Positions 23,946-36,832 of a DNA stretch of 64,000 bases are shown piece by piece. The notes beneath the pieces are model-generated. The model had not been told where the DNA came from. It did no database searches and saw only the letters and a program-made list of their open reading frames with translations. The first letter of the stretch is position 1. Each line of letters begins with the position of its first letter. Source of the DNA: Camelus dromedarius (lineage: Eukaryota); the NCBI RefSeq assembly GCF_036321535.1, contig NC_087462.1, positions 7,254,001 to 7,318,000 on the forward strand, given 5' to 3'. A program made the position numbers and the translations under genes.

Positions 23946-25189
23946 CCCCCCATTATGCATTCTGAAGAAGCATCAGGGACAGCCATTAATATCAGATCTG
24001 AACATAACATCAGGCTTTGTTAGACACAAGCCCCAGGCATGTCCCGGGACCTCTACTCTCCTGTCACAAATCATTGGACTTCTGGAGGACAGATAGGAGT
24101 AATAACTCAGGTTATGCCTCAGCCCCCTACTCCCACAGCCGTTAGCCCTGGCATGAAGTAAGGGGCTGGGCTGTGGGTACAGACGGATCTTGGCTCTTCA
24201 TCCTAGTTTTTGGACTTGGGCAAGTTATTTCCAAACCTCATTTTTCACATCTACAAAATGGGTTCTATCTCTTTGCAGGATTGCTGTCAGGATAAAATGA
24301 AGTACAATGGGCAAATTGCCTAGCACCATGCAGGGAACATGACAGCTATTGCCTTCATTTCCCCCCGCCCCCGCCTTTCACCTTTTGCATGAGGAACACC
24401 CCACCTTCACTGGGGCTTCACAGTGAGTGTGAGGAATCTCGCACCTTGATCTTGAGGCTGTCTCTGAAGTTGGTCATGAGTGCGTGGTCCTTCTGCCTGC
24501 TCTCGTTGATGTTCTCGATCAGCTCCTGGGCCCTCTTCTTCAGGATGTCAATGCTCGAGTCCAGAGAGGAAAAGGGTCCCGACTTTCCTTCCAGCATCAT
24601 CAGCTGGCGGTTGGCACTGGAGGTGGCGACAGAGGGGCTAGAAACCTGACTTCTGAAAGTATAGGAAACTGAGATCAGCGCCAAACTCTCCTGAGAGTGG
24701 TCTCAATTAGCTCTATGGTGGGAGGAGAAGCCGTGTTGTGTGTCTCTCATGGGTGACACTTGTTTATTTCATTCATATACACCCCTGAGAGGCAGGGACG
24801 GCATCCCCATCTTATAACTGAAATCAGACCCAGAAGCACAAACAAAATCTGCCCAAGTTTCCAGTACAAGGAGATCTGCCTGACTCCAATGCCCACAGTT
24901 GTTTTATTACACCAACCTGCTGCTTTGAAATAAGCATCAATTAAAAATAGTTTAGATGCTTTCTTAGATGATCTTCCCGTCACCAACCTGCTGCATCTTT
25001 TTCCATCCCTTTCTAAATCTGGGTGATGCTCACAGTATGCAGACCATCTGGGGCCAGTGTACCTGCATGTCTCTGCTCCTACCCGGTGAGGTGGCCTGTC
25101 AAGAGGTAGTTATGTTAAAAAATAAAAATTTAAAAATGCCCCCCTAGACAGTTAGGTCTGTCCCACACTGTACACATGACTATAATGAT

Positions 25190-25520
25190 GCAATTCAGTT
25201 AGCTTGTTAGCTAGTGAAATGGTGAAAAAGTGACAGCTGTCTAAAGCTTAATGGAATGAATAAAGAGCTTAATAAAACAACTATTAAATCAAGTATGGGG
25301 GAGACAACTATATATGGGGCAAAGAACATAAAAATCTAGAAGGATTCTGTATACAGATCGCTTTGTCAAGGCCTGTGAGTTTTCACTCTGCTTTAGAAAC
25401 ATGAAAGTGGAAATTGTGGGTAACGCATTATGAATGAGGTTCATGTAAAAAAAAGTTGCAATCTGCTCAGCAGACCCAATGGTGATTTAAATTAAGAAAA
25501 AAAATTATGGTAAGCTCCCC
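25190..25520 (+). mobile_element. Probable Tigger/pogo DNA-transposon transposase remnant
   Basis: GCATTATGAATGAGGTTCATGTAAAAAAAAGTTGCAATCTGCTCAGCAGACCC resembles the degenerate CENP-B-type HTH coding segment (AL.xWF.Q.R....SGP) of Tigger elements. Recognition is from memory. Confidence 0.45.
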
Positions 25521-26559
25521 CCCTATTTCCCTGCTTTATCTGCCACATACCATGCTAAGTTACATGCCTCTTCTTGCTACATCCTCATTACCACGCTTTG
25601 GGGTCTGTCCCTATCATCTTTACCCCATAGCTGAGGACACAGGCTCAGAGCAGTTGTGTCACTTTCTCAGGATCACCAGCCAGTCACTGGCAGAGCTGGG
25701 TGTGGCACCCAGGTGGCCTGACTCCCTGAATCCTGCTTTCCCCTGGGCCCTTAGTTTCCTCCTTACCCCCTGAGGTGCTTCCAGCTCTGAATGGCTGAGA
25801 CTCGGAGGTGACAATACAGCAGTTCCTCAATACACCGGTTCACACACAATCATAGAGTCAGCCATGACTGCAAGCCAGACACTGATACTTAGAAAAACAC
25901 ATCCTGATTTTCAGATGCTTTCTCCAGACAACTATGTTTCTTGGCTTTTCCCCAACTGCCTGAGCTCTTCCTTTTGGCTCAGGATACAAGCACTTTGAAA
26001 CTTGGATGCACAAGAGCCACGATAGCCACGGCTCTCATTTGCACAAAGGTCCTCAGGCCTGAGACACTGGCTGTGTCGTGGTCCTTATGTTTTCCTTACC
26101 TGATTGCTTCTTGCCCCTGGGCTTTTGCATGTATTTGCTCTCTGACCTGTGAGACCTAGCCCAGACCACTGCCTCCTTTGAGAAGCTAGCTATGACCCTG
26201 AGCCCATCTCTACCACTGTGTGCTTGTCACTGTTAAGACCCTTCTCTCCCCAGAGGGCTGTGTCCCGTTTACCTCTGCATTCCCAGCATCCAGCACATAG
26301 TTAGTCCTCCACTGTTTCTTGAATGAATGAAAGATAACTTCCCTCTGATTTATGCCTCCTTCCTCCGGCTTCACACAAAGCATGCATGTTCATCTGCCTC
26401 CAAGCCCAGACACTTGTGTTCAGTGCATTTGTCAAGACGAGAAAGTGTGCCTCTGACTGAGGCAGGCATTTTATAGCAAAGACATATCAGGTAGAAAACA
26501 ATGGACCAACTAAAGGCTCCCTGAGCATTCTTGTTAAAAAACATTTTGCTGTCCCCAGT

Positions 26560-27290
26560 ACCTATCCCTCACGTGAAGAATAATGAAAGCATTGAGTAAA
26601 TGAATGAATGACGAGCAAGGACTTTCATTATCATCCACACTTCCACGTCTCCCAAACATCATCACCAGCCCACGCCTAACTCCCAAGCTCCCAACAACAC
26701 ACCTGACTGCCTCTGGGTCTTCTCCACTTGGCTGTCCCAGAGGCATCTCAAATGCCTCTAAATTTGCACATCAACATTATTTCCCCCCAAACCCAATATT
26801 GTCTTCCCTGCTCATTTCCTTGAATGACACCAAAAGCCACCTGGTTATCAACTAGAAACTTAGCAGTCAGCCTGGAGCCTGGCTTCTCTCTGTTCCTCTG
26901 TATCCTGTCACAAAGTCTCATTTCTATCTCCTTTATTTCTCCCAAACCTATCATCTCCTCCATTTACAACCATTTACAACCCCATGCCTATCACTCTCAT
27001 CTGGGCCCTAGTGACCTTAGACCTGAAATCTGATACTGCACTCCTGTTCCTGCTCCCCAGCCTCCAAGAGCCCCCACCAACCACAGGATCAAGTAAATTC
27101 CCTAGCACAGCACAGCAGGTTTTCCAGGGCCCTGGCCCCCACTTCTTTTCACCCTCCACTCCTAGTGATTTGGAACCTTCCACAATTACACCAAACCCAT
27201 CAGACTTCACCTGAAATGATTTTCCCTTTCTGTCAACTTCAGAAGGCAACATTCTGAGCATCTCCACCATACTTTTGCTAACTAATCACA
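26560..27290 (-). mobile_element. LINE-2 remnant
   Basis: AAATGAATGAATGA terminus and CCACTTGGCTGTCCCAGAGGCATCTCAAA...TCTTCCCTGCTCATTTCCTTGAATGACACC typical of L2. Confidence 0.6.
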
Positions 27291-29058
27291 GCACTGCCAG
27301 TTTGTACATGTCAGTTCCCCCCAGGTCACCATGTATGCTCAGGGTAGGGACTGCATTGCACTCATTCCAAAGGCATCGCAAATGTTCATGTTCCCAGAAT
27401 ACCTAAATGAATGAACTTCTGCCTCAGAGCCTGGTGTAACATTCTTGCTCTTGAGCCACTTTGTACCTGCAGTTGCTTTGTTATCCCAACAGTGTAAGGA
27501 TACTGAAATTAAAATCAATGATAGAACCCGGTGCTTCTTTTTGTGTAATTGCTCACAAACTGCTTGAGTTGCTAACTGTTCAAAGTCACTCCTCTCTCTG
27601 GCTCAAGGGATGAGGCTGGAACTGGTCTTTGTGGCAGCTACACAAATGGTGAAAAATCACTTGAATTCGGCTCATTCAAATTTCGTTGTGGGACAAAGGC
27701 CTGCATCAGATGTCTGCAGAGAGCTGCTTGATTTCCCCCAACCTCTCCTTGGGGGATTGATTCCTTTCCATTTCATTTTTCTTAATATTCAGCAGCTGCA
27801 TATTAATCAGGATGCTAATGAATCATAGGCTTCCCTGGGCCTGCATTCACCAATTAACTTTAATAAACAAAATGCACCATGTCCTCTCCACTGGCTTCCC
27901 CCATTCCCGGGCCTGCTTCTGTTGCCCAAGCCTGGATGGAGGCCAGGGAGTGGAAGTTGGCCCAACACAGTAGGCCCCTTGTGCTCTGGGTTGGGCAGTG
28001 GGGGGGTCGGGGTGGGGGCTGTGAACACATCCCTGTGCTCATCTATGATGGTCTGTCCTTCTACGGAGTCCCTAATTCGGCTTCGAGGATTAGGACATAG
28101 ATCCAAGCCAGGCCCAGCCTGGCAGGGGGCCCGGGAACGGCAGAGGAAATGGGTCTAAGTGAAGAGACCATCTGTTCGCTCCAGGTAAAGCTGTGATTGG
28201 CAGGCGTGTGAGCCAGAGCCGCCCGCCGGTGGAGCCCTCCCTCCGTGGCCTCGAACAGATATACAAGTAAACAATCCGCCAGCCACTTATGACCACCACA
28301 GGCAGCAGTCCCAGGAGGAGAGGCAAGCTAATCAAACATTCAAGGAGAAACACAACAGAATCTCTGGCGCTTGAGCAAAATGATGTTTTGCTGAAGTACA
28401 GCCAGGAAGGGGGAAGGTTTGAATCGAAGCTGCCGAGCCTGTTCCTTTCACCCTCTGCTTTCCTCTCCCGAAATGTGTTCACATTTTAATCATGTCACTG
28501 AGAGTCTGCTGCTGGATCTATTAACTGGTCCCTGCACTGGTTCTAACCCATCTGTTTCTAGGCCCAGAGCTCTTTTGGAAATCCTTGAAGTCTCTCAATG
28601 ATTTGCAATTTTCTGTCTCCTCACCACTTAGATCCCAGTCTAATTGTGCTACTTGCAGGAAGACATTATCAAACAAACTACTTCAGCCATTTCCTTCTTT
28701 TTTTTTGGTCACCAATTGACAGCACACACCTGGAAACCATTCCACCCTGTGGCCTGATTTACAACTGAGGAAGCTGGGAGGCCAGAGAAAGCTGGCTTTT
28801 TGCCTGGAGTCCCCAGGGCCCTGTCCCAAGCCTCATTCTATCCCCAGGTGAGGTGCTTCACTGGAACAGTGACTCCCATCTCCAGCCCTGGCCCCACCAT
28901 GAGTTCCGAGTCAGAAAGTCCAACCCTGTCCTGGACGCATTCATGTGCATGTCTCCGGCCACCTCATACTCAACAAGGGCGAAATGGAACTCGTGTTCTC
29001 ACCTCTGCCAGGGAGACCACCACCTGCTGCAAGCCACCTCAAGCCAGAAATTGAGGAG

Positions 29059-29265
29059 CAGTAGTGTGCTGGTAAGCATTTAGCAACTGGCTCTCTGGGT
29101 GGGGAGAGGGGGGAAGCCTTGATTTGTAGTGTTTGCCAATTTCCATGGTGCAAAGACTCCTACTATAGCCAATTTCAAGCTACCAACATGAAATCACTAA
29201 ATGCCAGGTTGAGAAGAGATAAGTAGAACTGGCTCTTGCTAGGAGGAGCTGGCTCCAGCACACTG
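29059..29265. mobile_element. Non-autonomous DNA transposon (MER-class MITE)
   Basis: Terminal inverted repeats CAGTAGTGTGCTGG (29059-29072) and CCAGCACACTG (29255-29265); internal CCAATTTCAAGCTACCAACATG typical of eutherian hAT-type MERs. Confidence 0.6.
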
Positions 29266-29434
29266 AAGCTGGGAGACAACCTCGGCTCATCCTCTTCCTC
29301 ATGCCTCACTAAATGACTGCCCCCCGCATCTTCTCTCCATCTACCCTGCTAGATGCCACCCTCTCAGGAGCCTCCCACCTCTCTCCCAGGTCCACTCATG
29401 CCCTCTCTCACGCATTCTCCACAAAGCAGCCAGT

Positions 29435-29985
29435 GTCTTTTTATAACAGGAATGCATGTCACTTTTCTGACCCTCCTAGGTATCTACCTAAGAGAAATGA
29501 AAACTGATAGATGGCTGTTCATAGCAGCATTGCTCACAAGAGCCAAAGAGCAGAAACAACCCAAATTTCCATCAGCTGATGAATGGATAAATAAAATGTG
29601 ATAGATCCATAATATGGAATATAATTCGGCCACATAGAGGACTGAAGTTCTAATACATGTTACAACATGGGTGAACCCTGAAGACATCATGCTCAGTAAA
29701 AGAAGCCAGTCACAAAGGACCACATAAGGGTATGACTCCAGTATTATATGAAATATCCAGCAGAGGCAAATCTGTAGAGACAGAAAGTAGAGTTGTGATT
29801 GCCAGGGACTGGGAAAGACGCAGTGATGGTTAAGGGGTGCAAGGATTCTTTTTAGGGCAATGAAAATGTTATAAATTTGACTGTGATGGTTGCACAGCTC
29901 TGTCAATACACTAAAAACAACTGAATTGTACACTTCAGGTAGGTGAATTGTATGGTATGTGAATTATAGCTCAATAAAGCTGTTA
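29435..29985 (+). mobile_element. LINE-1 (L1MB/MC-type) 3' end
   Basis: AAACAACCCAAATTTCCATCAGCTGATGAATGGATAAATAAAATGTG...AAAAGAAGCCAGTCACAAAGGACCACAT...CTCAATAAAGCTGTT. Confidence 0.85.
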
Positions 29986-30629
29986 CAGAAAAAAATCCTC
30001 AGGATCAAGTTCATAGCCAACAAAATGCCGTTACCTGGTCCCTGCTGAGCCCTCCTCCTGCACTCATGCCCCTGCCCATGCCACACGGGCCTGCCTTCAG
30101 CTCCCTGAAGCCATGGGCAGGGGCTTTGCATGAGCTATTCTCTCAGCTCCTCTTTCCAACCCCAAGCTTACTCAGCACCGACTCTCCGTCACCTTATGAC
30201 TTAGCATCACCTATTCGAGGGCACTCATTTAGTGCTGGCTGACCACAGGGGAAATGTTTTCCCAGGACCCCGACCTCTTCTGTGTCAGTACTTGTTCAAT
30301 ATATGCCTTCCAGTCAGATGGGAGCACTAGAAGGGTATGAGGGTTTCTGTCCGATGTGCCCGGGTTACCCCTAGTACCAATCACAATGCCTGACACACTG
30401 GCCTTCCCACTGTTTTGTGAGCACACCAAGCTTACTCCTGCCTCAGGGACTTGTAATGGAGGCTCCTTCTGCCTGGAATGTTTGGGCCCATGGGTACCTC
30501 CTGGCTGTCTCCTTCTCATGTCACCTCCTTAGAGATCTCCAACTAAACTCCCTGTCACTCTAGTTGCTCCTTCTCTGTTTTGTTTCTTCACATCACTTTG
30601 CCACCAGTTAAAATCACATTAAAAGTACT

Positions 30630-31875
30630 GTCTATCTTTTAGAAAGTCAGCTTGGCAAGAGACCCAGGATAGCCAACACAATACTGAAGGAGAACAATTA
30701 AGTTGGAAGACTGATGCCATTTGATTTCAAGATTTACTACAAAGCTACAGTGATCCAGATAGTGTGGTACTGGTGAAAGGATAGACAACATATCAATGGA
30801 CCAGAAGAGACAGCCCAGAAATAGACCCACACACATATAGTAAACTTATCCTTGACAAAGGAACAAAGAAAATTCAGTGGAGAAGGGAGAGTCTTTGTAA
30901 CAAATGGTGCTGGAACAACTGGACACCCACATGCAGAAAAACTGGTTAGACGCAGACCTTGCACCTTTCACAAAAATTCTCTCAAAATCGATATCATAGC
31001 CCTAAATGTAAAACAAAAAACTATAATCCTCCTGGAAGATATCATAGGAGAAAATATAGATGGCCCTGGGTTTGGTAGTGACTTCTTAGACACAATATCA
31101 AAAGAAAAAAATTGGTTAATTGGACTTCATTAAAATTTAAAACTTCTGCTCTGCAAAAGACACTGTTAAGAGAATGAAAAGACAAGAGCCACATTGGGAA
31201 CAAATCTTTGCAAAACACATACCTGATGAAGGAATGATATACAAAATATACTAGGACACTTTAAACTCAGCAATAAGAAAGCAAACAACCCAACTTAAAA
31301 ACGGACAAAAGATCTGAACAGACATCTCAGCAAAAAAGATACACAGATGGCAAATAAGCATATGAAAAGATGTTCAACTTCATACCTCATCAGGAAGTTG
31401 TAAGTCAACACAACACTGATACTGATACACGCCTGTTAGAATGGGGAAAAATCCAAAACACTGACAACACCAAATGTTGGTGAGGATGTAGAGCAACAGG
31501 AACTCTCATTCACTGAGGACAGGAATGTAAAAGGGTTGAACCACTCTGGAATATATTTTGGCAGTTTCTTATGAAACTAAAAACACTCTTACCATATGAT
31601 CTAGCAATTGTGGTCCTTGATATTTACCCAAAGGAGCTGAAAATTTACATCCATACAAAACCTGCATGTGAGTGTTTATAGCAACTTTATTTATAATTGC
31701 TAAAACTTGGAAGCAACCAAGATGTCCTTTAATAGGCAAGTAGATAGACTGTGGCACATTGTGAAAATGTACCACGTGGTATAGAGAATATTATTCAGCA
31801 TTAAAAAGAAATGAGCTATTAAGCCATGAAAAGACATGGAGGAACCTTAAGTGCACACTGCTACGTGAAAGAAAG
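30630..31875 (+). mobile_element. LINE-1 ORF2 3' region, degenerate
   Basis: TTCAAGATTTACTACAAAGCTACAGTGATCCAGATAGTGTGGTACTGG...CAGCCCAGAAATAGACCCACAC...ACAAATGGTGCTGGAACAACTGG (post-RT/C-terminal ORF2); multiple stops and frameshifts. Confidence 0.9.
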
Positions 31876-32693
31876 TCAGCTCCAAGAGAGCAGGAATTCT
31901 GATTTGTTCACTATTGTACCCCCAGCATCTAAAACAGTGCCTGGGCAAAATAGACTATCAATAAATATCTGGTAAATTAATGTGCAGGACAAAAACATCT
32001 TTTGAAAGTCATCCGTGACCCTGCTCTTTCTCTTACTCCAACATTGACTCCATTAGCAATTTCTGTTAGTTCTATTTTCTTAAATCTATCCAGAATCTGA
32101 CCACTTCTCATCAATTCCAGGGATCCACCTGGGATCCACGTCAGAGTCATCTTGCACCTAAATTATTTCAATTGCCTTATCACTGGCCTCCCTGCTTCCA
32201 AGCCTACCTTCGATAATCTATTCTCTACATGGCAGCCAGAGGGAGCCTTTTAATACTTTAGTCCAGAGGCCTACAAACTTCTACAAAGGGTGAGATAGGA
32301 AATCTTTTCAGTGTTTCAGGCCATATGGTCTCAGTTACAACAATTCACCTCTGCAGAAGCAGCCCTGTTCCAATAAAACGTTATTAACAACAGACCTCAC
32401 CCTGCTGTAGTCACTTCCTGTCACTTCTCTATTCCAGACTTCTTCATGGGTAATTATCATCCAAAGTCCCATTACCTGTCTGCCTACCTCCTTCTTACTC
32501 AGGCTGCTCTAGCATAGTTCTTCCTCAGGGCCTTTGAAGCTGCTGTTTCTCTGCCTGTAGCATAGTTGTCTCTACCCTCATGGTTCACTTGTCACCTCTT
32601 CCATGAAGCCTTCTTCGACCCTCTGATCTAAACTGGCCACCTGTCACTCTCTCCCTATTTTTCCCCCATAGCACTTAGCATCCCCTGACTACT

Positions 32694-32775
32694 TTTTTCT
32701 TTTTCTTTTTTTAAATGGAGGTACTGTGGATTGAAACCAGGACCTCATGCATGTTAAGCATGCGTTCTACCCCTA
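32694..32775 (-). mobile_element. Camelid tRNA-derived SINE (5'-degenerate)
   Basis: T-rich tail plus AAATGGAGGTACTGTGGATTGAAACCAGGACCTCATGCATGTTAAGCATGCGTTCTACC. Confidence 0.8.
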
Positions 32776-33779
32776 TTTCCCTCCCCTTCCCCTGACTACT
32801 GTATATTTCTGAGTTTATAGACCTTCTCCTCCTCCAGAATGTCAGCTCACTGCTGTGTCCCCAGCACTTATATCCCAGGCACATGGGAGATGCTGGACAA
32901 GTATGAGCAACAAATACACCAAGAGAAGACACTGGTAGGGTCTTGTGAAAGAAAAGGGTGAATGAGGACTCAGGGGTCTGTTTGGACCCATTGGGCTGGT
33001 TCTTCCTCACCTAGCTGGTCCCCGACCAGCCTCCTCTTCGCGGTTCTCCTCGCCCTGTTGCTGCTCCTTGCTCTCCCTGAACAGCTGTGGCTCCTGGTCC
33101 TTGCCCTCTACGTGGGGCATGTCCACCTGTGAGCATAGCCAGCAATTGAGAGGTTGAAGGAGGAAGGGAGGGCTAGAAGTAGTCAGATTCCTCACCTCCC
33201 GCCTCTTCAACCCTTGACAACCCTGTGTGCCTCTGCGGCATGGTGGGGACCCCCAGAAGAGACGGGGGGAGTTGGGGCAGGCACCATGAGGACTGGGGGC
33301 GTGGGGTAGGGGGACCCTGTGCCAGGGGTACAGGATTGAGATGGGGAGACCCGGAGGGGCTGGGGTGAATGCAGGGGCTCCGGATGGGGCGCTGGAGGGG
33401 CTGGGCTCCTAACTGGGGTGTTGGTCGGCTTGAGTCCTTTGAGGAGGGAGAAGAGGTAAGAGAAAAAGAAGAAAAGAAACGGGTGAGGCGCGTTGAGTGT
33501 CTGAGTCTCTCTCTACCCTACTCCTGCCACTCGCCAAGCGTGGAAGTCAGTCCTCGTCTGGGCTGAACGCGTCAGTCATACAGTTGGTCTGTTAGTCAGG
33601 GCCAGGTCTGTCAGTCAGGAAATCGGGGCCCAGCCGGACGAGGAGCCACCGATGGCAGGAGACAGGCGACCGGGCTCCGGTCCGCCAGGGAAGCCTGAGA
33701 TCGCTGCCATTCCCTGTCCGTCTGACCGCCGCCCACGCGAAGGAAACAAGCGCCGCGTACCCCGTGTCGCTCCATCCTG

Positions 33780-34024
33780 TCTTTTCCCGCCTTCTTGTTT
33801 GCCCCCACTGCGCACGCGCCGGTCCCGCCCCTGGAACTCCTCGCCCCCGCGCACGTGCTGAGGCGCACACTCCTGGCCCCGCCCCTTTAGGGGAACTTGC
33901 GCGCGCAGCGGGGCGGGGTTGGCCGTTGAGCGGCGGTTAGGCTCTCCAGGGGCTGCGCGCGCAGCCCTCACAGCTGGGAGGAGCCGGTGGCCTCTGCGTG
34001 TGCGTGTGCGTGTGCACATGTGTG
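33780..34024 (-). promoter_or_regulatory. SYCE2 germline CpG-island promoter
   Basis: TTTCCCGC 33783-33790 (E2F6-type), CACGTG 33852-33857, MYB-type CAACGG/TAACCG on minus at 33923-33928 and 33934-33939, NRF1-like TGCGC arrays, GC boxes. Confidence 0.65.
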
Positions 34025-36832
34025 AGGGTCCAGGAGGGCCCAATATAAGAGGGGAATCCTGCTGACCTTGCTTTCATTGTTTACGTTTCAGTTCCTCTGC
34101 TCCTCCCAAAGGAATCTTTCCAATAAAAAGTTCTGACCGTTGCTATTCCTTGATTACAACCTGTTGCCTTCAGTGAAAACATTTATGCAATTACCACCTT
34201 GAATCAGTTACCTGCACTTCAAAACCAGAAGTTCCTTGAAAGCATGGCGGGGCTGGCCCTAAAAGTTGGGCCCATACCGCTTAATAAAAATAGTAATAGT
34301 AACAATAATGAATTAATAGTGAAAACGGTAATAATAATTGGCACACGAGAAGCCACAGACTGGGAGAAAATATTTAAGAACTTGTGCTCAGCATCTACAA
34401 AGACCTCTTGCAGCTCAATAAGATAGAAAACTCAATTTTAAAATGGGCAAACAACTTGAAATGGTGATTCGGCCCTGAGATCCGAATAAGCTCAGTGTGT
34501 TTGAGGAGAAGCCTGGCCTGGTGGGGAGCAGATTGGGGGAGGCAGTGGGTGACAGATGAAGAACTGGACAGGGGCTGGGCTGGGGTCCAAGGCCAGAGGT
34601 TTGGACTTTATTCCAACTGACTGGGAAGGAGGTGGGGCTCTTCTCCGGGACACCTATATTTTCTATATAGAGCCAGCAGGAATCTGCTCACATTGCTCAA
34701 CCCCTTCTGTGCAGAGTCCTGTCCCTGGGCACACACACTAGGTAGGGCACACACCTTTACACCAACGTTCTGGAGAACATGGGTTTGAATCTAGGCTGCC
34801 TCTTACCAGTGGGGGTAATCAGAAAACTGCCACTCACTCTCAAAATTCATCTTTGTCTATTACTGAGGCAATAAAATCTAAAACATGAGACTACTGTAAG
34901 GGCTTCAGGGATAGACATCTGGAATACATTAAGAGTTTAATAAACAGTAGCTAACATTAGTAATTTGTGGCAAAGTTCCAAATTAAACAAGATACATCCT
35001 CCTCCAGCATCAGATTTGAAGACTGGAGGATTATCTACTGAGAAAAATCTCAGACTTACCTTTAAGCATGCATACCAACACACACCAAAAAAAAAAAAAA
35101 AAAAAAAAAAGCAACAAAAATGCAGAACTTTTAGGTGCAAGGGTTTGTGTAACTTTTGAAAACATGCAAAATGAAACTATGTCTTGTTAAAGTAACACAT
35201 GTAAGTAGCTAAAGTTTAAAAACACCTGAGAATGATAAAATACCAAATTCTGGAGGTCAACCTTAGTGGGGTGGAGGCAAAAGAAACTAGGACAAGCCCA
35301 TAGGGTCTTCAAACTGTTAGTCACATAGATCTGAAGTGAAAGATCCAAAGCAAGTATAATCTATGCTCAGATTTGAATGAAGTAGGGGTGCATTCCTGGG
35401 TGATCGCTGTATTATACTTTGTATTATACATGCTTCACCCTTCCAGCCTTCACTTTTAACATGGCCTCTACCCCTCCCTCCATTTCTGTATTTGTCTGTT
35501 CATCAGGTCTCCATGCCTCCCCACCCACCAGTGTCAGCTCCTGAAGCCAAGGGCCAGAGCCAGCTTTGCCCACTGCCGAGCCTTCAGTTCATAAACACCG
35601 CTGGTACTTAAGAAGTGCATACTTATTGCATGAATATTTTTCTATATGGCTGGATTATTTAATTTGAAATAAATAAGCAAAAGATTTGAGTGAGGAGCCC
35701 TTGGAAGATTGGTGCCTACAGGCTCTGGGACCAGCAAAACCCATGTCCTTAGCTGCCTACCAACTGCACTGGGTATGAGTGGCCTTGTGGTTACTTAAGA
35801 AACCGTCCATGTTTCCCCAAGTCCACTGCCCTTGAAGACGTGGAGTGACATGGTGGCTGGGAGCAACTCACAGATACGGGTGTGAGATCTCACTTACTGT
35901 TCACCGTGAGTGGTGGGTTCGTGGAGCTTTAACCTACCCATTCATCTCTCCATTCTGGGCTCATCTGAAATCCTTATGAGAATTTTTTTTTAGAGTGGCT
36001 TTTTAAGGGGAGAAAGGGATGAATGGGTGGAGCACAGAGGACTTTTAGGGCAGTGAAAACATTATGACACCGTAATGATGAATCCACATCACCATACATT
36101 TGTCTAAATCTGCGTACAACACGGGGCGTCAACTGTCATGTCAAATAGGGACCTGGGTGATTATGTGTCAAGGCTGGGGGTATACAGGAAATTTCTGTAC
36201 CTTCAGCTCAATTTTGCTATAAACCTAAAACTGTTCTTTAAAAAAAAAAAAGGGCAGCTTTACAGGCTTACCTTGCTATGTGCCCCAGCCCACCAATGCC
36301 CCAAGGCTCCCAGTTAGTGGGGATCCTGGCTCCTGGGGGCCCCCAACACCCGCCTCGGCCTCCCCTTCCCACATGACCCTTCCACAGGCCTAGGGAGTTC
36401 TGTTCCTTTCACCTAGAAGAGGCCTGGCATCAGTAGGTGATCAGTAAATGTTTGATGGAGCGAGTCTTCCCTGGGGGGATCTGGCTTAGGTGGGCCAGGA
36501 GCTCCCGAGGATCTAAGACCTCCAACCCACCACACCCCACATCTGGGGCTCAGCACCCTGTCACCCCTAAGGAAAGGCACCAGATGAGTGCAACTGCCCA
36601 CTTTATTAGCCAGCAGCTGGCCCGTAGGGCCCCTCAAGGCCCACCCTCACAGGTGGACAACAGAATGAACCTGCTACCCACTCCCCTGTCCCTGGGACCC
36701 TGGGGCCGGTGGGGAAGAGGAGATACCAGGGGCAGGGGGATGGCCTCACAGAGGCCTTGTAAATACAAGGGGTCACTGGCAGGGATGCAACGGGCAGCAG
36801 GGTCTTGGGGAAGGCGGCCTATGCAAGGTGGC

